DNA from: Balanoglossus misakiensis | Lineage: Eukaryota > Animalia > Hemichordata | Assembly (NCBI GenBank): GCA_040954595.2 | Contig: CM082580.2 | Span: forward strand, 12,166,909-12,230,908 | Direction of reading: 5' to 3' | Length of the DNA stretch: 64,000 bases | In this document: positions 26,594 through 38,851 of the stretch, piece by piece | Position numbering within the stretch: position 1 is the first letter of the stretch | Layout of the letters: each line of letters begins with the position of its first letter | The notes under the pieces: generated by a model | Told to the model about the DNA's origin: nothing | The model's input: only the letters and a program-made list of their open reading frames with translations | The model's database searches: none | Program-made: the position numbers and the translations under genes

Positions 26594-28077
26594 ATGGTGG
26601 GTATGAGAAATAACGAAGTGACCTGAAAAATCCTTCCCATCCCATCTGTTGTACTTGTCTGTATTGATTACTGTACACATCAGCTTACTTTTGGTTATGT
26701 CTACTTGAACAAGCGATGGTTATTTGGACGTTTAAGTGATAATCTTTGAGAAATATATACTGTTCCCCGATCTCCCTTCGTCGCGACATCTTGTGTACAC
26801 ACAGCCTAAATATTGCATTGATGTGGATGTCACGAAATATTGTTGGGCTTATTAATTGTTGATTTACACACTTCAAACTGTGTACGGTTTGAAGGAAAAT
26901 CTAACTGAACGGAACTGTTATATTGTCTGTCGATTCAAGAAAACGAAAGAACTTGGCATACAATGATAGTTGATACACACCTGCACTGCAACTGACAACA
27001 AATGAGGGGTTTGCCAAAATTATACAATGACACCACTTCCAGACCAAACACTAGTGAGTGGAAACCCACCAGAACAGAAAAACAGAATAGACCACAGACA
27101 GTATCTCCTTGCACAATACATACTATTGTTACTGGGATGATGGCAGCAAACATTAGAAATGAACCAATGTTTTATTCCTGTTAATTTCAGGTGAACGTGC
27201 CGAAGACCCGTCGCACGTACTGCAAGAAATGCAAGAAGCATATGATGTTTAAAGTTACCCAATACAAAAAGGGTAAAGAATCGCCATTTGCTCAAGGTAA
27301 GAAAGATCCCAGGGCAAAATTGTGAAAGTGGTGTCATCAACCCAGCAAAGCCAAACATAAATGTTTTGGTGGTCCGGATTCATGGTGCCTCTTCATTGTG
27401 TTTGTCTGATTTCTATATTCTGTGCAATTCACATTTGTTGCCTCTCTTTGTGTGGATCAGGTAGAAGAAGATACGACCGAAAGCAGAGTGGATATGGTGG
27501 TCAGACCAAACCCATCTTTCACAAAAAGGTAAGGACCAACCCAAATGTTTCCAGTGATACATACAGTATTCAGGAAATCGTAGTTTTGTTGTCAAAGATT
27601 CATGTTGACATGACTGATGGTCCATTTCTTTCTTCCACAGGCAAAAACCACCAAAAAAATTGTGCTGAGGTTGGAATGTATAACCTGTAAAGTCCGCAAA
27701 CAGCTGCCTCTGAAGAGATGCAAGCACTTTGAGTTGGGTGGTGACAAGAAGAGGAAGGTAAGGATCATCTTCAGTTGCCTGGCAACAATAGCTACGACGT
27801 TTACCCATCCAAGTTTTTTTATCTGGAATGTCACAGCAGGGAGATTGTGCTGCTGACTTCAAATGATTTTCAGAGCTATTGGATAGTGGGGTATATAAGA
27901 TTACAGGAGACTTTTGCTGCCCAATGCCACGAACAGTGAAAGTTTTGTCAGATTTATCATACATACAGACACAAACAAGCGATTTAAGCCACCCAATGCA
28001 TGCTGCAGCTTAACAGGAATAAATATTTAAATACTTCTGTTTTCTTCTCTCACCAGGGACAAATGATCCAGTTCTAA
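26594..28077 (+). CDS. RPL36A: 60S ribosomal protein L36a/eL42, 5 exons (26594-26596, 27191-27296, 27461-27528, 27641-27757, 28057-28077)
   Basis: M|[80 protein letters not shown]. Confidence 0.98.
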
Positions 28078-28460
28078 CTGCTGAGGTGTTTATGAAGATA
28101 GACAAAGATATCTGGAAATAAATAATTTTGATTTTTTTCCTGTAAATTTTGTGTCGTTGTGCTTTGTTGTTTCCCCAGGCCCTGTTCATATACAATGACT
28201 ACTGAGTTGACATTTAAGGTGGGAGGGGGTACTACGACTTATATAAGACTGGAAAATAATTAGCTCGCTGGGGGGAGCACAGCAAGCACCCTCAAGCGAC
28301 AGGTCTTCCAGTCTGGGGTACTACTACCATTGAATGAAAACTGAAATAATTTGAATGCCTTGGTTTGCTTTTCATGCTGCCAATTGGCTTAATTTTATTT
28401 GTCAATACATGTAATATATTCGAGAATCACAAATACATGTCAAAGATTCATGACGAATAA

Positions 28461-30327
28461 CTAAAGCATTGCGTCAACGTGAATGGCAACTACTGGGTCG
28501 GTGTTGGGAGGAATAGTAAGTGTGACATAACCATTCAACCCGACGATAACCGTGTGTGGAGTGCCATTTCTTTCAACATTAGTACACGTCTTTGCATTTG
28601 CATCGTAGTCGGCCACTATCTGGTTGCAGTAGGTGCCAGCTGGCAGACCGGTGTACACTGAAGCATCCATGTTGTAAGTGTCTCCGTTGATGGCGATGAA
28701 GGCTTTGTTTCCTCGAGAGAAAACTATCTGGTTGCTGCCGTTGTCCCACCAGTTGTCGACTCCCGTGCCATAAGCAGCTCTTCTGAACTCAACCATACTT
28801 GCTACCTGTCGCCATTCGTGCTCGCAAACCCACTCTCCTTGGAAACACACCACGTCTTTGATCGAACCATCTGGGTTGGCGGGTGGCCCTTGATCTCCAT
28901 CCGTGAATTCGTAGCTGCTCATCACCCGCAATACGCCATAATCATGCGCCAACATGAACTCAAGGGCCATCTTATATTCTCGGGGTTGTTTGTAAGTAAG
29001 GATGTTACCACCACCGCCGTGATTACGCTGGTTGTCATGGTTATCGATGAAACCGAGGGCGTCGTTACGCGGCAGTAAACCCCACCCTTCACCCCAAGTG
29101 CTCAACCATTTTAATTGATTATTACCAATGAAACAGTTGCTCAATTCTGCACCATAATTGAACTCCGTCACGCGACCCAGAGGGGTGTACTCGCCTGCTG
29201 TTATAGGCTCTCCTCCTTGGTCGATAACTTCTTGGAATATAAATGGTCGGCTGCCAGTCGAAAAGTGAGGTGGTGTCAGATCGTTCATTCGGTTATAAAT
29301 AACCTGCAAGTCAGCAGGATACATGTGTTTACACGCATCCACTCGGAATCCAGCAACACCGATATCTATCATATCGTTGACAAAGTCAACAACCCTGTCC
29401 TGGACGTAACTCTTGGATAATTTCAAGTCAACGAGACTGAGAAGACGACAGTTGCGAACTTCCCATTCATTTTGGTAGTTGGCAATATCAGCATTACAGA
29501 TGTCATCATTGAAATCCAAATTGGAGTAAGGGACTCCTGGAAAATCGCGGGCCGAGTTCCTTGAGTCGTAATAATTTCCATTAATACCATAACCGTCAAC
29601 TATAAAGAAATAAATTATAATGATTTATAACTAAAACATTTATGATGTTCTAATCAAATGACATTCGGATCATACGAGATGGAGAACAACCCTAATACAT
29701 GTATAAGCTCTGTATCTTCGCACGTGTTGAAAAAAATATAAAAGAAAAATGCCTCTTGCGCCAAAACTCCAGTGATTTTTTTCTTGATGCGAATAAACTA
29801 ATTTAGTGCACTCACTGTTATTGCCAGTCATGTGGTTTATAACTAAGTCGGGATAAATGACCACACCAGCATTGTTACATCGGTTGACCATATCGATAAA
29901 TGCAGCCCTATCGCCACTCCTACTGACCAGTTGGTAACTGACCGGTTGGTATCTTTCCCACCAGGGACGATTCGGACTGGTGACCACAATGTGTTCGCTG
30001 GGAGGGGATAGCTGCACACCACCGTACATTCTCGGTCCCAGAAAACTAAAATCAAGACAACCAAGACAAGTGACTGTGACATTTATTTTTACGAAACAGT
30101 GTCCTGGTAAACAACTGATGATCCCTAGCTGAAAGTACATGTATATACATCGAGCAAGGTACCAATGTTTGATAGGTCAATACTCACTTTTCACATTCTT
30201 TGGCAATATCTGACCACTTCCATTCGAAAAGGTGGACGAGAACTTCGCGATTATCTTTCATGTTAGTATTCCATTGGCAGGATGCTGTAGTTGCCAACAG
30301 CAACAAGCACAAGACAGTAAGCTTCAT
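28461..30327 (-). CDS. Secreted alpha-amylase (GH13, animal type), paralog 1; exons 30327-30188, 30045-29816, 29599-28461
   Basis: Signal peptide, [23 protein letters not shown], catalytic GFRVDACKH / FQEVID / DNHDNQR, chloride-site [23 protein letters not shown]. Confidence 0.96.
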
Positions 30328-30601
30328 CCTCTGAAACCGTAAGTAGAGATAGATTCCAGTGGAAGTGTTGCTAGTAATGTTTGTTGAAATAGAAGTAGTT
30401 AAACGAATTTCTACCTCAACTAATTTATCAAAAACGACGGTAGATATTAGGCGGCTGTTTAGGCTTACATATTTCATTCCCGAAACATCACGAAGTAGAA
30501 AAATACTTTGGTTCGGGTCTTACCTCTTGTTACAATACGCAACCTCCACCAACAGAAGAGTCAGGGCGAGTGTATATCAGCTTGGTCCAAGTAACATACA
30601 T

Positions 30602-31076
30602 TTTTATACACCGAGAAGCTCTCTTTTTGATGGAGATGTGTGAAACGACATCTGCTACAGAGATATCTATGGACTCACCATCAAGTTGTAAAAACTTCGT
30701 CGATATCACTCAAATGACATTTACAACTTTGTTAAATATGATACAAATACGACCTACATCTTCTTGTCAAAACGAAACGCCCCACGACCTTTTTTCCTTA
30801 TCTATGTGTCCTATAAAAGTTCACATAGGCAAACTAAAGAAACTTCATTTGGTTCAATGTGATCTACAGAAAAGAGGTCACCGCTCGCGTTTTTGCCCTA
30901 ATGAGCGGACTTAGCATTTATTATAGCTTTCCACCCCTTCACTGCTATGGGTATAGTAGGCATTTCGGTATTATCTGCGACAGTTTTACAACTTGATGAT
31001 ACGTCCATAGACATCTCTACAACATATGTGGTTTTCCCATATTTGTGCCGATAAGTCAGTTTTAACATGTATAAAA
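30602..31076. promoter_or_regulatory. Divergent amylase promoters: two outward TATA boxes with GATA motifs between them
   Basis: TATAAAA on - at 30608-30602 and on + at 31070-31076; AGATAA on - near 30797 and 30971; each TATA is followed by a putative non-coding exon and 5' UTR intron (donors near 30523 on - and 31157 on +; acceptors just before each ATG). Confidence 0.6.
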
Positions 31077-31389
31077 CGACCTGTTTTCGTCAGCGTCGAA
31101 CACTTGCTGAATCTTCTATCTGCAGAGTCATCGGACATTTCCATATTTGACAGCAGGTAGGGGAAAACATATACTTATTTTGTGGCTTGTGTATGTTTAC
31201 GAGCTCGAGGTTCTTTAAAAGCTGCTCTACAACACAATTTGGTTGGCGATGGCAATTAGCGAACTAGCATTTTCATTTTTATAACATAATTATAGTATTA
31301 TCACCCTGGTGGCTAACTTTCTGCGTGTTGAGTTGACTTCATAAAATTTCGAAACGTTTCTCTCACAATGTCTCTTCTTTGTCGCTAGG

Positions 31390-33511
31390 ATGAAGATAAC
31401 GGTTTTGTGTGTGTTGCTATTAGCAACGAGTACTTATTCTCAGTGGGCCACCAACATGTACGACACTCGTGAAGTCGTAGTTCACTTGTTTGAATGGAAG
31501 TGGTCTGACGTGGCTAAAGAATGCGAAAAGTAAGTTACTCCTACAGCATGCGCCTCGTGGGCAGTCACAACTCTGCCGGTTTAAACCAGAGCGCAGAATC
31601 CATCTTTTTCGCCTTAAAGTTGGCAAATTGAATAGAACTTCAAGTTGTTAAACAGAGTGTTTTAGGAAACATCTTACATGTGCCACTGAACGTACGTGGA
31701 CGTCGAATAGTCCGGTTCCCTGCCCCATTCCAACCGCTGGCTGCGCTACGCTAAAGGAAAAGGAACCCGACTGGTGGCCACGCCCCTGTGCTCCATTCCC
31801 TTTAAAACAGTATACAGTAGTTCACACTGCAGTAAGAACCTGCTGATGGATGAGAAATGCACGCGTTGACTCATGTTCCCCTTTCTTTACAATGTAGCTT
31901 TCTGGGACCCAGATTGTACGGCGGTGTGCAAGTGTCTCCTCCTAACGAACACCGTGTGGTCACCAGTCCAAATCGTCCCTGGTGGGAAAGATACCAACCG
32001 GTCAGTTATCAACTGGTCAGTAGGAGTGGCGATAGGGCTGCATTTATTGATATGGTCAACAGATGCCATGCTGCTGGTGTGGTCATCTATCCTGATTTAG
32101 TTATCAACCACATGACTGGCAATAATAGTAAGTAGGCCAACATTATTTTTAAGATTAAAAAATACAATTTTGGCCAACTGTAGGTAGAAACAGCACAGAT
32201 AGTGAACAGTTTGCAATTAATAATGTTATCTGTATACTATATTAATAATTATTGTGGTACATTTGGTAGAAGACTATTAATAGAGCAGCTCCATCAATGA
32301 TATGTGTTGGTTTATGAGTACACATACCTTGAAATAAATGTGTTACAATTAACTTTTGCTTTTTTTTTGTAGTTGATGGATATGGTATAAACGGAAACTA
32401 TTACGACTCAAGAAACTCAGCCCGTGATTATCCAGGTGTCCCTTACTCCAATTTGGACTTCAATGATGACATCTGTAATGCTGATATTGCAGATTACCAG
32501 AATGAATGGGAAGTTCGCAATTGTCGTCTTCTCAGTCTTGTTGACTTGAAATTGTCTAAAAGTTATGTCCAGGACATGATTGTTGCCTTTGCTGATGACA
32601 TGATCGATATTGGTGTTGCTGGGTTCCGAGTGGATGCGTGTAAACACATGTATCCGGCTGACTTGCAAGTTCTTTACAACAGAATGAAAGACCTCAAACC
32701 ACCAGAATTCACATCTGGAAGCCGACCATTCCTCTTCCAAGAAGTTATCGACCAAGGAGGAGAGCCTATAAAAGCTGTCGAGTACACCCCTCTGGGTCGT
32801 GTGACGGAGTTCAATTATGGTGCAGAATTGAGCAACTGCTTCATGGGTAATAATCAGCTGAAGTGGTTGAGCAATTGGGGTGAAGCATGGGGTCTGCTGC
32901 CGCGCAACGACGCCCTCGGTTTCATCGATAACCATGACAACCAGCGAGGCCATGGCGGTTCTGGTGCGGTGCTCACTCACGAGCAACCCAGAGAATACAA
33001 GATGGCGGTTGCATTCATGTTGGCGCACGATTACGGCGTTGTCAGGGTGATGAGCAGTTACACCTTCACGGATGGTGACCAGGGGCCACCCGCCAACCCA
33101 GACGGGTCGACGAAAGACGTCGACTGCTTCAGCAGCGAGTGGCAATGCGAACATTCCTGGCGACAAATTGCTGCCATGGTCTGGTTCCGCAAAGCTGCTT
33201 ATGGCACAGGAGTCAACAACTGGTGGGACAACGGCAGCAACCAGATAGCTTTCTCTCGGGGAAACAAAGCTTTCATCGCCATCAATGGAGACACGTACAA
33301 CTTAGATGCTTCGATTTACACCGGTTTACCAGCTGGTACTTACTGCAATTTAATAGTGGCCAACTACGACTCAAATACAAAGGTGTGCAACAACATCGAA
33401 AGAAATGGCACTCCACACACCGTTATTGTTGGGCTTAATGGATATGCTACACTCACTATTCCTGCCAACAGTGACCCAGTTGTTGGCATTCACGTTGAAG
33501 CTACTCTTTAA
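31390..33511 (+). CDS. Secreted alpha-amylase paralog 2; exons 31390-31529, 31898-32127, 32373-33511
   Basis: [27 protein letters not shown]; same catalytic D/E/D motifs and intron positions as paralog 1. Confidence 0.96.
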
Positions 33512-34414
33512 TTCATCTTAACAGCAAATGAGTTTGAATTGTATGTTATGCTTAAACGTATATAAATACGTCATAATGTACAATTATTGAAAAATAAAAT
33601 GTGAAGGTAGCTTCAAAATACATGTAGTTTATCACTCTTTGTTTGGCATTGGATATTTGTGTCAGTCTGAGTGAGATGACAAAGACTTGTGATTATTGTT
33701 ATAATATTTATTTATAGCTTTTTGAATATTGCCATCTTATTTCTGCTTAATTTGCATCAGCAAAGACTGGATTGCCAAAAACGGGAGGCAAAAATCACTG
33801 AAAATAATTAAATATATTTATTTGTTTCACATAAAAGTGATGAAACTACACAAACTTTAAAAATCACACCAACACTTGCTACAACTACTCAGGAGCAAAA
33901 AAAAATGCCAAAAGGTCAGACTTTTTCACTATCTTAGGGAGTTTATGCTAATTACACTTATAATCTCCTTAGGTTAGAGAGAAAGAGTCGCAGATTTGAT
34001 TATTAACTTAGGGATACTTATGCTAATTCTGTGCCAGTCCCAAAGCTAATACAGAGACAATGAACCCCTTAGATGTGAAAGAAAAAGTCTCAGCCAATGA
34101 CTTTTTTCAATATATCTTGAGTCTCACTTAAACACAACATATATCCAATTGCAAGGCCACCAAACAGGAACAGCCAAAACATGCATCAACAGCTATATTT
34201 CAGTGTTAAAAGATACATTTTATCTTTTACGTGTATAAAAATTTTTTTAGGGATCTGCCCAAATATATTACATGTTTCTTTCCGAATTGCAGAAAAATAA
34301 CTTACAAAATATAAAAAAGTAGCATTCAAGCATATTGTGACTGGTTTCCCGTTTGCTGGCCTTTGCAAATCACACATACACAAAAACCTCACCACTTACA
34401 CGGAAGTATAAAAT

Positions 34415-34484
34415 TTGACCCTTTTCATCCTGACCTGTGATGTCATTCAGAAGTTTCCTTCCTAAACCAGGTTCAAAGGGTTAA
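34415..34484. mobile_element. Possible short piggyBac-like MITE remnant
   Basis: TTGA-CCCTTT..CCTG...CAGG..AAAGGG-TTAA; the left TSD is imperfect. Confidence 0.4.
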
Positions 34485-36058
34485 CTACTCTACTGGTAAA
34501 TTTAGAATTTTTTGGACTGAGTACAACAATATGCATCTGTTTCATATTTCTATGCATCTGTTTCATAAAAGAGATTAAATATGAGTGGAGTTTTTTTCTT
34601 TTGCACTGGAAGCAAAAACTGATAATCTAAGTACAGATCAATATCAAATATCAATGAATTATTTTGCTTGATTCTCATCATCACACCAATGCTATTTGAG
34701 GATCCAATGATGAAATGAAAAAAAAAATGTTTGACCAAGTTGGATGATTAGACAAAATCATCTCTAATTCAATGTAATAACGCTTAGTGTTGTATGCATG
34801 TTTGTCTAATATTATATGCAATCACATGAAAACATTTTCCTTTTTTTCTGTGACACACAGACCAACCATGAGCACACTTTGCAATGAAAAACAAACCAAA
34901 AAACGTTCACTTAGAAGACTAGCTACTTACTATGCAGAGTGACCATCACACCTCATTCCCTACAAACCAATCACTATTTTCTCTTCCACAAATAAAAATC
35001 CTTGTTTCTACCAGCTTGGCAAGAAGAGGATATGTGCGTGTATTTCTGTTTCAAAACAGCACACAATCATTTCCATGATGCAAATAAGGGTAAAGGTCAC
35101 CACACATGGGAAATCAACCAAGAACTGCCTATATTATCCAATGGTACAAATCAAGTCTAATTTGTTTGCACATTCCCCCAAACTACAGCCATATTTGGCA
35201 CACTATTAAAAATTAAAATAATACTATGTGTTAGAAATATTCCATGTATACAATGTACACCTCTTCTACCATACTCTTCTGTAAATAAAACCATTCAATG
35301 ACACTGGCCAAGCGATTTGATTTCAACTGACGTTGCCCAATATCCATTTAAAAAACCACCAAGGGTTCACGAAGTGTCTATGGGTGAACCCTTATTCTAA
35401 ATTCTATAGAATAGAGATACCTTACTGGAAGACTTTTCTTAATTTTTCATCTCATGATTGGTTTGCGCCGAATAATAGCAAATGTGAGAGATGAAGGACA
35501 AATGTTGGTATGGAGTTGGGTCTCCAGAGGTAATCTTTTCACATTATGTTTGTGATGAGAAAATTGTGTGTTGTTTACCTCTTGGTAACACGATCAATAT
35601 GATACCTGATGGACACATCTCCAAGAGATTTCCAGGGGGTCCTGTCACCTCAGGTTACTACTTAATCATGAAGTTCTAACAGCAGGGCAAACACTTTTTG
35701 TCAAATGTGTGCATGTAAAATATTAGTTCAGAATATGTGAGGTTAAAGCAGGCATGCAGTATAGACAACATGAAAGTATCATCTGTGGTTTGTTTCTACT
35801 CATGTAAGTAGTCTGCTCGACAACAGCGCACTCACTCATGAAAAAGGTGTATTTTTTTAAAAAGGGAGAAGTATAAATAAAAGTATGTACACCAAAACTG
35901 CAATCTCTCTACACACATCTAGAGACCATCTACACCATGTATGAAAAACTACTGACTAGAAACAAACCAAAGACTACACAAACTATAGACACAGATGAAT
36001 GGAGTGGAACAGACACAAATTGTTGCGCATGAAGTGTAAAAAATAAAATCCGCCATCA

Positions 36059-38430
36059 TCACTTTGTGCTGGAAACAGTTGTTGCTTTGCGTGCCATTAT
36101 CTTCACATATTCCAGCGCATTGTGCGCAGCCTCGGCCCGGGAATCATCGGCAGTCTGCCCCGTTCCTTGGCACACGGCCACCGGGGTTGTTGTGAGTTGC
36201 ACAAGGCACTGGTTCTGTCCCGTGTGGCTGAGTTCCTCGATGGCTATGTACCTGACCTCAAAGTTCTGTTCCTCGGCGATCTCTTGAAGCAGTTTGCAGT
36301 AGTTGGTGTCTGGAAATTGACAGGAATTAGAACTTTAGGCATGTGCACTGTAAACATTTGGGAGACTGTAAGTTGCAACTTACAAGAAGAAGCAGTGATG
36401 TGACTGGTCGATGGACAGCTATCAAAAGTATGGATGGCTGTATTGTAGAACACAGGAGGACAAATCCCAAAAACTAAGATCTGTCAACTGTGAGACAGTC
36501 AGTTAGATGGATAAGCTACATGTGCAACCAGTATAAACAAGTTAGTTGACAGCTACATACCTGGTAGACTTAGTGATGATGATTTCAATCTTGCGATCTT
36601 CTCTCCTGATGGGTTCGGAAGGGCTCCCCACAGCATCATTCCTTTGCCCCTTGGTAAACTGTTCGAAACCTGTCAATAGAGGAATCCTGAGTTATGATGG
36701 GCCAACATTGATGCATACGACCAATATCTTTTGACGTGAGCAAATCCTTTGCAGCTGTGAAGTTGTGACACTCTACATAGATAGAGACTTACTCCAGCTC
36801 CAAGTTCAAGATCGTAATCCGCTGGGCCAATTTCGGCATCTGGAGGTAAATCTTTAATCTTCTGTAGCATGGCCCATGCAGCAGCTCGTTTGGCTATTTT
36901 CTTGGATCTTCCTTTGCCTGGAATGAAACCAAACAGATATTTATGAAGAAATTACAGGCAGTAATAATGTTCCTACTATTAGATGGCACATTTAACCATT
37001 TTCTGATACATATTACACGTTGAAGATAAAAAAAATCGAAGGGCTATTCACCTTGCTCTTGAAAACTGTGAACTCTACATGCAATGATGAACTCTCTGGA
37101 ATGAGGTGGACCACATTCACTGAGTAAAATGTAGTCCGGTCTTCTCCAGTGTCTTGCCACCACCAATTCCTGTAGCTGTCCCACCGGATTGCCGGGAATG
37201 CCGTCATTGTAAGCAGCTTGGCCATCTGTTACTGTTGTTGGACCAGGACTGGTCGGACTACTGTTTTGGACAAACAAGTCACTGTCAGTGACAAAATGCC
37301 TGGTTGTGATTATTACTGAAATAAACACGATGCAGTAAAGAATAGCAGCTACATGTTTGTAGCTATTAAATTCATAGCACAGCCCTAGCATAAAAGTACT
37401 GTGGAAGAATTACAGTATGTTCAAGTATATCAGTGTGTAACGGCTGTGGAAATGAGAGCAACCAAAAATGTATTTGTTCATGTTGCAACTTGCAAGATAA
37501 ACTTCTCGTGTGGAAATAAGCATGATGAGCCTTCACCAAATGCTAATACATGTATACCAATTACTTGAAGTGAGGTATCTGTATGTACACATCAACTGAT
37601 GTGCAAGCCAATTAGACCTGCAATCATGGACACACCAAGTGGCATTTACCTTGGTTCTTGTGGAGTTACTTGTTTGGGCACTTGTATATTGAACTGTTGC
37701 AGCACGTTTTCTGCAGCGTTGTGTTTGGCTTGTTTTTTGCTGGTGCCTTCTCCATTGGCAGTGTACTCCCCCACTGTGACTCGATAAACAAACTTGGGTT
37801 GGTGGGCTGCTCCCTCACACGCTATCAAGTCGTACATTGGGGTCAGTGACCTCTTCGTGCAGAGTTCTTGGAGGATGCTGATTGGGGTTTTCATGGGCTT
37901 TGCAGAGGCATCCACCTGACACAAATCAGAAATGTACTAATTTATAAAATACCAAGAAATATTACGAGAAAATACTTTTAACTCCATTACGCTTCAGTTC
38001 TTTCAAATATTTAAACCCAATGACCGCAGAAAGTGGGAGAAATTGTTATGCAGCGTAGATGTCATACGAATATTATCATTCATTGTATTGACAATTGTCA
38101 CGCCCCATATAAAAAACACACACACTGATTTCTATTGCCTCGATCACCAATTGCATCAACGTAACATATATGCATAAATATCATGTCCAACTGAGCGATG
38201 ATGGTACACATTTGTACAGGGGGGAATGTTGTCATACACCTTTAAATGTGGGATTCCCTCAACGCCCACGCACTGCATTGAAGCCCTACAGAGCTTGTCA
38301 TTGTTTTCTGACAATCGTGTCACCATGTGTATCGCGCATGCCGAAATCTATGCCCGTAGTCTACGTGAAAGCCAAACTTGTGTGTGAATCTTACCTGGCG
38401 TTCCGTAGCCTCTGGCAAGGCGGTAGTCAT
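36059..38430 (-). CDS. TARBP2: TARBP2/PRKRA (TRBP/PACT/Loquacious) three-dsRBD RISC-loading protein, 6 exons
   Basis: dsRBD1 KTPISILQE..AHQPKF..GTSKKQAKHNAA; dsRBD2 NPVGQLQEL..GPPHSREF..GRSKKIAKRAAA; linker GEKIARLK; dsRBD3 LQEIAEEQNF..QCLVQL..VCQGTG..AAHNALEYVKIM. Probably co-orthologous to both TARBP2 and PRKRA. Confidence 0.92.
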
Positions 38431-38851
38431 TTTGCACTGCTGTTATTGCGTTTCTGTTCAAAAGTTGGGGATTTCGGCACTACACCGAAGTCAAGCCGGC
38501 TTCCCGTGGTGTCAAATTCAATTAGTCCAGGGCAGCGGTCGCCATCGCTGTGAGTTGATTGGTTAAATAAACCGACGCCTGCGCACGGCCCAGATATGGA
38601 GGAAGTACACCACAAACAAACAAACCCCCACATCCAAGATGTCTGCGCCCTGTGTGGCCCCGTGGAAAAAAAGTGTCGTAGAAAAGTTACATGTGTAGTA
38701 CCATACATGTTGGCAAGCAGCTGTTTGTAATTTTAAATGTGGTAACCATTAGGCGTCAGTGACTTGTTCCACATTGAGTCTTCGCCAGAAACATTCGAAA
38801 TTTCATACTGTGCTGCGTTACGAGCCACGGAACATATTGAGCATAGTAACC
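38431..38851. promoter_or_regulatory. Bidirectional promoter and 5' UTRs of TARBP2 and TACO1
   Basis: Divergent ATGs about 420 bp apart; inverted CCAAT box (GATTGG) near 38557. Confidence 0.55.
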
